64,000 nt of DNA. Source: Chlorokybus atmophyticus (Eukaryota > Plantae > Mesostigma and Chlorokybus algae). The stretch covers positions 135,647 through 199,646 of the forward strand of contig RHPI01001507.1 in assembly GCA_009103225.1 (NCBI GenBank), read 5' to 3'. Both the position numbers and the translations under genes were made by a program. The notes beneath the pieces are model-generated. The model searched no databases, was not told the DNA's origin, and saw only the letters and a list, made by a program, of their open reading frames with translations. This document shows positions 54,906 through 64,000 of this stretch, in pieces (position 1 is the first letter of the stretch; every line of letters starts with the position of its first letter).

Positions 54906-55199
54906 GCCCGTGCCAGTACTGGCACAAACTAGTTGTGCCAGTACTGGCATGGGCTTTCTAATCTAAGCCCGAAACTAATTAAAACTGGCACGAAACCGCT
55001 TATGCCAGCACCGGTCGCTTATTCATAAATTGGTTGCTGGCACAAGCGGTTGTGTGCCAATACTGGCATGCCGAAAATAGAGTTAAAACTGGCACAACTA
55101 AGCCGTTACAGCACAGGTTGTAAACACGAAAAGTTTACAAAAGATATCCCGATCGTCAGCACTGGCACAAAACGATTATGTGCCGGTGCTGGCACGGGC
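54906..55199. mobile_element. MITE-like element made of palindromic TGCCAGYRCTGGCA repeats
   Basis: Ends GCCCGTGCCAGTACTGGCACA and TGTGCCGGTGCTGGCACGGGC are inverted repeats; several internal copies of the motif. No clear TSD. Confidence 0.6.
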
Positions 55200-57975
55200 A
55201 TTGATTTGTGCTATGTTATTGTGCTACAACTGGCACAACACTTGTTGTGCCAGCTTTTGCACAACAAGTGTTTCATCATGCACTACATGCTTATGTGAAT
55301 AATAAATTCAATAATAAATTCATTCATCATGCACTACAAGAGGTCCTGGTATCCAAATACATGCATAAATACGATACACGAACACATTGTCACATTCTGC
55401 TGAGAGACGTGGCTGCTATCGCTACTGTTACTACTACACCTCCAGCTCCCACTCCAGCTCTACCTCCACCTCTACATCCGGGTCCAGCTAAGCAGCATTG
55501 CGACTAGCAGACTCGCAAGTCAGCACAGAATCAGCAGGGTAGATCAGCAGATCAACTAGAGTCTTGTTGTCACTAGACAAATGCTAACCAGCAACACACC
55601 AAACCTGCAAACCAGCTAGACCCATGCAGACCAACAAAGTAGCAGCAGCCTAGACTAGCAAACGAGCCGACCAGTCAGACCAGCGGACCAGCGCAGGCTA
55701 GCGCAGCAGTCGATGCTCTTCTGTGGTGCTAGTGGTAGACAGCAGCCCGATTATGGCTGTGCACAAAGCAATGCATTTAGCTAGACTACACAATATGTAC
55801 ACAAACACATACTAAGCAAGGCGCCAGCTCCAAATGGTGAGCTCTCCATTGCAAAGGGCAGCCTGCGCATTAAAAGCGGCACAACAACTACGCTTAGCAG
55901 TAAAAACGGGGGAGGATAAGCATGCAATGCACCACATGAACGTATGCATGTGATGAAGTTAGCAAAGAATGCAACATCGTTTCCGCAAGTTGACAAGTTG
56001 ACAAAGTACCTGTTGTGCAGAGGGTGCCTTCCAAAAAGTAACCTGTCTCAAACCCAACACACTCGCAGATTAGACCGGAGTAACCCCGCAAGTTCATTAA
56101 GGTAATATGCGCACGTGTGTTGAGCACCAGCAAGGGGATACAAGCACCGGAAAGGCATTGCACGCGCATCTAGGTGGGATTAACATTGCTCAAGTTTCCT
56201 ATGTACAATTGAGGAGGCTGCTATCCCCACAAAAAGCGAAGGCTGCATGGTTGTGCGTGGTGCGTCAGAGCACATTAAAGTCAGCACCGAAGCTGAGTGA
56301 CTGCACTGAGACAGCCACGAAGGACCTTGAGGTGTGCAAACTTGTTTAGGACTACCAAGATTTCATGGTGGACGGACTTCTAGCTGGTCTGCCACCCTCA
56401 CGAAGCGTTGATCACCGTGGAGTTGATTAAGGGCGTGCACAAGCCCCCCTACAGGCCTGTATATAAGTTGTCACCTCTGAAGAAGGGCGAGAAGCAGATA
56501 GCGGATCTTCTAAAGAGAGGTTACATCCGGCCAAGTAAGTCACCTTATAATGCACTAATACTGTTCATGTGAAAGAAGAACGGGAGCCTGCGTATGTGCA
56601 TTGCTTACCGAGCGCTCAACACCATTACAAAGAAGAACTGCTTTTCACTACCGCGTATTGACGAGTTGCTGGGGCATCTACAAGGTGCGCAGTACTTTGC
56701 CACACTTAATCTTGCTGGAGGTTATCATCAAATCCGCATCGCACCAAAGGACGTGGAGAAAACAGCGTTCAACACGCGCTATGGACATTATGAGTGGTTA
56801 GTGATGTCGTTTGGGCTTATAAATGCGCCACCAACATTTCAGACATTGATGAACAGCGTTTTTGCTGACTTGCTGGGTAAGGGAGTCTTGGTGTACCTCA
56901 ACGACATTCTAGTGTACTCGAAAATGAAGGACGAGCATGCGAGTCTTTACGGCGCGTGTTGCAGCGTTTACACGAGCACAAGTTGTACGCTCAGCTACAG
57001 TGCAAAGTGCAAGTTTCTGCTAGGCAAGGTGGAGTACCTGGGCCACATTGTGTCACACGAGAGAATCAAGCCGAACCCAACAAAGTGCAAGTGGTGCGCG
57101 AATGGTCTGCCCCAACCAATGTGAAGGAGGTAATGTCGTTCTTGGGCCTTGCGGGGTATTGCAAGTTTATCATGGAGTTTTGCGCATTGTGGCCCATTAA
57201 TCACCCTTCTCTAGAATAGGAAGTCTTGGAGCTGGTTGACAAAGGAAGAGCATGCATTTGCTGTGTTGAAAAGGCGTTGAAAGAGGCACCCCCCTTGGCT
57301 CACCCCGACATGGACAAACCCTTCATTTTGGCTTGTCACGCATCTGACACAGCCGTGGGAGCTCTGTTACAGCAAGACCACAGCATGGATCTTCAACCTG
57401 TAGCGTTCCTTAGTAAGAAACTGAGTGGAGCAGAGCTGAAATACCATGTGCACGAGAAGGAGCTATTCGCGCAAGTGTTGGCGCTGCGACAATGGCGATG
57501 CTTTCTTGAGGGCAAAAGGTTCGTGCTGGAGACGGACCATTCCCCATTAAGGTACTTACAGACACAATTACATCTGAGCCGGAGACAAGCGCGGTAGTTG
57601 GAGTTCTTTCAACTTTTTGATCTTGAGATCAAGTACCAGCCTGGTACGTCTGATAGTGGCCGACGCGCTAAGCCGGTTGAATGCGATTGAAGCATTTGCT
57701 CAAGTGCAACTGGAGTGGGCCGAACAGAAACGACAAGTGCTTTGCGAAGACAGAGCTAGGAGAGGCTTGCGGGACATGGAGAGCACAGCAACGGACACAA
57801 GTAGACATTGAACAAAGCAAGACGGCCTACTATGGCATCATGGCCGCCTGTACATCTCCAATGTTGCACATATACGCGTTCAACTTTTAAAGGAAGCTTA
57901 TGACGTACTCATTGCTGGCTACCAAGGAGTGGAGAGGACATTGGCAAGCTTAAAACAACGCTTTTACTGGCGGGA

Positions 57976-59215
57976 TGTCACAGCCCACTCGACCACAAAA
58001 GACTTGGTGCTTTTATGGACGATTTGTGGTAATTTTATGTACATTCCAATTACATTCCCCCTCACTCAAGAACGCTGACGTCCTCGGCAGCTGCCACGCT
58101 TAGCTGGGGAATCATCCTAGAGGTTTACTAGGGTCGGCCACCGGCCCCAACGGCAGGGACCGGCTAAATTAGGCCCATACCAGTACAGCCCACTCGACCA
58201 CAAAGAACTTGGTGCTTTTATGGTTGATTTGTGGTTGTTTAATGTACCTTCCCGTTACATTCCCCCCCACTTAAGAACGCTGACGTCCTCAGCAGCTGCC
58301 CCGTTCAGCTGCGGAATCATCTCAGGGGTCTGATTAAGGTCGGTCAACGGCCCCACAGCCCAAGGACCGGCTAATCTAGGCCCATTGTAACAATTGGGGC
58401 CCGACCACTAGGCTATGGTAGTAAAATACACTACCATGAGTGAGGTCTGTCACAATTTATCCCAATTCGTGACATTCCTCCCCAATTTAACCCATGAGTT
58501 CCTCATAATCCAATGAGGCACTAGCCCACGTCACCGTGTTCGCGGCCGTACCACGATCGGTCTGCCCGAGGCCTGTTGGATCCGGCCCACAAACGGTCCT
58601 GACCGACCAAACGGCCATCCTCACCGCGCGACCTGCCATCGCGGCGCGACCGCTCACGCGGCCTTAGGTTGAACTGGCTCGGCGCGCAGGTCGTGATCCC
58701 GCGCCCAGCCTAGGGCAAGCCGCACCAGATGTTTTTGTTTTTGCCTTGGATCTACCTCAGTCCCCTACGGGAATTGAACCTGAGACGTCAAGCTCCGTTA
58801 CCATTGTAACAATTGGGGCCCGACCACTAGGCTATGGTTGTAAAAGACACTACCATGAGTGAGGTCTGTCACAATTTATCCCAATTCGTGACACCCATAC
58901 CGCTCAACGTGCGCATAGCGCGCCGCTGCCGGCCCCACAGGTCGCATCGCAACAGGCAGGTTGCGTCCTGCCGCGCCGACTAAACGCCGGCACGATTGCC
59001 AATAGGCAAGTCGCGACCCATCGATGATGGCACTTTATGAAGTGACCATTTACGATGTTACTAGATCGAGAAACAACGATCGCGGAATTTGTGTGCAAGG
59101 CAAAAATAAAACCCGAGTCTTAAGCTCCGATGACCAATGTCATAGCCCACTCAACCACAAAGACGTGGTGCTTTTGTGGTCGATGTGTGGTAATGTAATG
59201 TACCATCCTGTTACA
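57976..59215 (-). mobile_element. TRIM family A composite with three LTRs (57976-58054, ~58181-58259, 59138-59215)
   Basis: TSD CGGGA/CAGGA (one CpG-type change). Excising it restores integrase YWRDIHRDVRNYVALCDAC. Internal region is homologous to 51958-52332. Confidence 0.85.
58386..58893 (-). mobile_element. TRIM family B (508 bp) nested in TRIM A
   Basis: 89-bp LTRs (58386-58474, 58805-58893), TSD CCCAT, PBS-like TGGTAACGGAGC (58792-58803), purine tract beside the 3' LTR. Confidence 0.9.
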
Positions 59216-60424
59216 CAGGACATACATCGTGATGTACGCAACTATGTGGCGTTGTGCGACGCATGTCAAAGGGTGAAAGCAACTAAATGCCAGGTGGGTT
59301 GCTACAACCTCTTCCCATGCCATTGTTTAAGTGGGAGCAAGTTACTATGGACTTTATTACGGGGCTGCTGAAGACAACAGAAGGGTACAACGCAATACTC
59401 GTGTAGACAAAACCAGCATTATGGTACGTTTGGCACCGTGTTGTGGGTCTTGCACGGCACCAGAGGCAGCAAGCTTGTTTATGAAGCATGTTATTCGTTC
59501 CCACAAACTACCACGAAGCATGGTAGCGATCATGATCCTCGCTTCACAAGTAAGTTTTGGGAGACGCTGCATAGTGCACTGGGTACTACCTTAAGATTTA
59601 GCACGGTTTTCCACCCGCAAACTGATGGCCAAATGAAGCGAGCCAACCGTGTGATTGAAGATATGTTGCGATGCTGTGAATGCACGGCAAGACAATTGGG
59701 CGGAGTTGCTGGAAGTGGTGGAAGTTGCCATCGACAACCACACCAATGCAAGCACGGGTGTCACCCCCTTTCTTATGAACTACGGCCAACACCCGCTGAC
59801 ACCGCTGACGACGTGGACGCTGCGACGAAGTGACGTTGATGTGGAAGCAGTAAGCGATTTTCTTACAACGTGTGCGGACATCAACAAGGCAGCGAGAGAG
59901 GCGCTATTGTGGTGGCACAAAATAGGCAGAAACACTATGTAGACACGCATCGCCGACATGTCACATTTCGAGAAGGCGACATGGTATTACTTTTTGTGAA
60001 AAACTTACAGGTGCGTGCTGGAGTTTGCAAGTTAAGTGAGTGCTGGCTTAGGCCATTTCAAGTCATCAAAGTGGTTTCGGACGTGGCGTACAAGTTGCAA
60101 TTGTGCCGACTCTATGCACATCCACCCTGTCTTTCACATATCCCTGCTGAAATCATATCGAGGAGACCCACCATTGCGTCCACTGCCTGAGTTGGCTACG
60201 GAAGGTCGTATGGAATACGAAGTGGAGTGGACATATTGGGTGAGAAGATGGTGTGCAACGTGCACCAATATTGGTGAAGTGGAAAGGCTACCCGATGCAT
60301 TAAGCCACTTGGGAATCGGAGGAGCACTTGGCAAATGCACAACATATTCTGCAAGCGTATTTGCAACGACGACCACAAAATCCTTGAGAGCTTCAAGGAC
60401 GGAGCTCATCTAGGGGGGGAGGAG

Positions 60425-61130
60425 TGTAACAATTGAGGCCAAGTTTCATGATTTTAGGACCTTTTTTGGCCCATTTATCGAGCACCACGCTTTCATGACT
60501 TGTGCAGATATCGGCGAGTTATGAGTCTGCCGCGGATATCGCGCGGGGCCCAGGACCAGTCTGGAAGGTGCTAAAGATAGATATCGCGCGGGGCCCAGGA
60601 CCAGTCCGAAAGGTGCTAAAAAACGGAGGGCCAGTCGAGAAGCGCTCGACCAGATTTCTGGAGGGCCTGGCGCCAAGTAGTATAAATTGACCATATGAGC
60701 ACATAATTCGGAGATCTTTGGTGCGTAAGAGGTCTAAAAGTATACTACAAGGTTCTGCAATCACATCTTAGCATCTAGTTTTGTGTAGCACAGGAATCGT
60801 CTACACAGTAGCATGTGCAGACTGGCAGGTATAAAAGCGACACTCTACAATGTGCAATACAACCTTTAGCTCCCTAGTTTCTCGTGTGCAAGCTTGGTGG
60901 TGGTTAGCAGGGGTTGCTAGCGTGTGTCCACTGGTGTGTGCTTGCTTGTGTGACGATCCAAGGCGCGATACAAGTCGGTGTGTAGCTTCGAGCGCATGCG
61001 CGTAAGCGAGTGACGGGGCGCGCGTGTGTGCTTGGCAGAGGGGGCAAGGTTCCGGTGTGAATACCGTGCCTTGGTGAGAGGGTTGTTGATTGGACCAAAC
61101 TACAGGGGACAAGGCACGACCACCGTCACA
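60425..61130 (+). repeat. 3' LTR of element 3 (706 bp) with an internal tandem duplication (60535-60620, period 45)
   Basis: TGTAAC..CCGTCACA, clearly homologous to the element 1 LTRs but more diverged. Confidence 0.9.
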
Positions 61131-62900
61131 AACAACATAACCCAGAAGCAACACCTCTTTTTGAAGCAACATTGCTCGCAGCAAGCATAAAACTTGTGCT
61201 TGTGTAGTGTGTCAAACACCAATTGAAAGTGTTTGGCATGCTCCTCCTCATTCTCACTATACACCAATATATTGTAAAGATAGACAAGCACCAACTTGTT
61301 GATGTAGGGTGCGAGAATGCGGTTCATCACCGCTTAAAAGGTAGCGGGTGCATTGGTAAAACCTAAGGGTAACAGTTTGTAATGAAAGTGTCCTTTTGGT
61401 GTTTCAGAGGCGGTCTTAGCGTAAACCTCTTCCATAGGGCTTTGAAACAAACAAGATTGGTGCCGCATACGGTAAGAAACTAGGCTCAAACAACTTCTTC
61501 TCAAGTAGCATTGAGATCCGCGTACCCATGTATCCCCCGAGCTTAACCGATACGAAGGCCTTGCTTGAGGCACCTTGTTCTCATCTTTTAGGGGTATCAT
61601 ATCCCAAATGTCACGCTCCGGTGGGAACGAACATAGTTCATTCATGAACATGTCCATGTTGTTGGCAACGATGGAGTGGAGCTCGTGCCTTTCATTAGTG
61701 GCAGCGCACTCCGTGTGTTGTGCACCACAAGCTTTACTAACGGGCCCCTCTTCCCCGTCGAAGTGATGATAAAAGCAATTACGCCCTTGTGCGCACCCCC
61801 TTAAAATGGGACTTTGCGTTAAGACACCGATATCTCATACTTGTGCTCTCCCCCAAACACTGTGTACAATTTCTTGCCCGAGTCTAGCATTCAACGTGAG
61901 CGCAATTGCCACTTTTTACTTGGGATCACTTGAATGCCTTGCGTTCTCATGTCCACAACTTGAAGCAGCACCTTATTTGAGTAGTTGCAAATGTCGACTT
62001 CAAGCTAAACTTGGCCGAGCTCCGATATAGGCGCACCATCAATGGTAGCAAACTTGTCTTGACAAGCGTTCATGCGTACCTTGCACGGTTTAACAACCTC
62101 AAATCTATATATTTGCACACCATGCCGGTGTCTACAAGCACCTCACATTCTTACCGAGCATATTGCCATCAGGTACCCATAGTAGAGACTCTTCATCATG
62201 CTCTTCTTCAACAGAGTAATTAAGGTTAGCATGCCACATTATTGACGGCTTACCAGTTCCAGTTTTTTCCTTGGACATGACCTTGTAACTTACAAAGGTC
62301 TTTAGCATTGCCGACGAAGTGCCCTCGTATATCGATGTAAGAACAGTTGCTCGCATACTTGAGTTATCACGCTTATGGTCCAAGTACTTTTGTGTAGCCG
62401 CCGTCACCTTGCAAAGAGGCACAAACACGAGCACATTTGCATGCGCTTCATTTAACTTACTCATCGCATGCTATCCCATGCATTCAACATTTCAATCTAC
62501 ATCACAATCAAATAGAAACGTATCCATTAAGCCAACAAATGGTGTTTTTGTAACCACCGCTACAACCTTAGCCACCCCAAATTCCTATTTGCTAGTGCTA
62601 GGCTTGTCAAGGCACTCCGCGAGACGGTGATCCGGGCTTCTTGCATAGAAGACACTTGCCCTCCTTGAAGAGCTTAGCCTTCTCTTTAATGGAGAGGTTG
62701 AGGGGGATGTAGTTCTCCTTCGTTTTTGCTGTCTCCTTGCCCTTTAGCTTGGAGTGGCCGTTCGGTTTAAAGGGTTCCTTGCCCTTGCCTGTGCTTGACG
62801 AACTTGCCCTTCTTGGTGCCATCGCCGCAAGGAGTATGATCTTTCTGCACTTCTTCTCTCCCTCTCTTGTTGACGGTGTTGATTGCCCTCGCCGCCTCGA
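61131..62900 (-). pseudogene. Decayed Ty3/Gypsy gag-pol remnant
   Basis: GKCLLCKKPG knuckle remnant, RPSYRLS, LPLGFTNAPATF, VLVYLYNILVYS..EEHAKH (YLDD decayed); cut by the element 3 LTR. Confidence 0.75.
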
Positions 62901-62916
62901 GACACATAGGCCAGCA

Positions 62917-63140
62917 CCCCATGCTAGTACTGGCACAAACCCCGTGCCATTATTGGCGCGACAATATTGTGCCACTACTAGCAATCTGCAAACCAATTAA
63001 GCCACACAAACCGTGCCAGTATTGGTCGGTTATGTATAGAGCTACAATGGCACAAATGCTGTGCCAGCAATGGCATCAGCTTGACAACTTGTGCCAACAC
63101 TGGCACAAGCTTGGACCAGAATGGCCCAAGTAGTTTGTGC
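62917..63140. repeat. Second, degenerate array of TGCCAGYRCTGGCA motifs
   Basis: CTAGTACTGGCACAAAC, GTGCCAGTATTGG, GTGCCAGCAATGGCA, GTGCCAACACTGGCAC; same family as 54906-55199. Confidence 0.55.
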
Positions 63141-64000
63141 TGGTTTCAACAATAAGTTACTGCCGTTATGGACATAAGACGTTAAGATCCAACAAGACCG
63201 GCATGAACCCAAGGTCTTCGAAGCAAGCGTTCCAAAGACGCGGCAGACCGGATAACTATTAATGAATCAGCACTTAACGGATAAGTACTGAGTGAATCAG
63301 TCTTATTGCTAACTTGTGATTTGGCATATCGTAAGAACTAACCGATACAAGCAGTCTCAGTCATTGACAGTCAGTCTGTTAAACCAACAGGTCGACCTAA
63401 ACAAGTCAGTTAGTGCAAGCACGCACCCACAATAACTAGCAATTGGTAAGTATCAATGATTGAGTTGATTTTGCAACTTTTAAGCTTGTAAGAGGGTCTT
63501 TACATCTAAGGTTAAAGGTGCGAAGGTTAACAGCGCCTAACCTTGCCACGTTAGCACAGGTTAAGCAATCGTCCCCCTTAATCTTACTGCCGGGTTCAGA
63601 CTATGTTTTTGGCAGTTAGATTAACAAAAGTTTGCGTCGTTTCCCGCGATACTGGTGTAGGGTTTGCTCACACTGGAGGCGGCCGAGGCGGCCTGGAAGA
63701 CGGCGTGGTGGGTGGCGGCGGCGGCGGCGGCGGCGGGGGGCAGCATGTGGGTGGGAGCGGTTGCTTGCAAATCGGCGACGGCAGGTAGGCATGCGTACGT
63801 GTTCATGTGTGTGCGTGAGCGCAGGGGTCATTATGTGTGCAGATTCAGAGTCAGCGTGCGTGTATGTGTCAGTGTGTGTTGGTTCTATGTGTGCAGAGAC
63901 GGACTCCGTTCATGTGTTGTGCATGTGTGTGCCGAGTGAGTGCGTGTGTGTGAGCGTAAAGGGTGTGTGTGGGGAGAGGGGGGGGGCGGGGGGGGGGGGG

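Larger units (their letters stand above)
56150..61130 (+). mobile_element. 5'-truncated, decayed chromovirus related to element 1 (element 3)
   Basis: Pol fragments collinear with element 1 (AQVSYVQLRRLLS, RT, RNase H, integrase, chromodomain) with many stops. PPT at ~60412-60424 and an LTR. Interrupted by TRIMs at 57976-59215. Confidence 0.9.

Noticed and set aside
57976-59215. CRISPR-like or tandem repeat array
   Set aside because: Repeats are 79-89-bp TG..CA LTRs with PBS, PPT and TSDs in a eukaryotic genome; no cas genes.
63603-63939. Ala-rich ORFs at the window end
   Set aside because: GCG repeats and GT-rich sequence; may be part of a gene continuing beyond the window but cannot be supported here.

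Overview
Eukaryotic nuclear DNA, inferred to be from a streptophyte green alga (short GT-AG introns, a plant-type MIKC MADS-box gene, a TIC32-like SDR, telo-box motifs). A central gene island (about 20.7-36 kb) holds three well-supported spliced genes: a MIKC MADS-box factor (+), a TIC32-like short-chain dehydrogenase (-) and a 16-exon hybrid histidine kinase (-) with a His-rich ~6-TM sensor, GAF, HisKA, HATPase and two receiver domains. A fourth, partial orphan gene is weakly supported. The flanks are layered transposons: two young, apparently intact chromodomain Ty3/Gypsy elements (5003-11047 +, 45715-51866 -), an old Copia inserted in a DIRS-like RT remnant, a decayed chromovirus carrying nested TRIMs, further gag/RT remnants and several MITE/foldback elements. 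The most striking observation is two families of ~0.5-kb TRIMs in which a tRNA-type Pol III promoter appears split across the 5' LTR (A-box) and the sequence just past the PBS (B-box). Also notable: a -1 frameshift cassette with identical geometry in two divergent chromoviruses, a MEF2-position intron inside the MADS box, and the bacterial-looking kinase sensor. No CRISPR array, rRNA or complete tRNA gene was seen. All exon calls and identities were made by eye, without tools.
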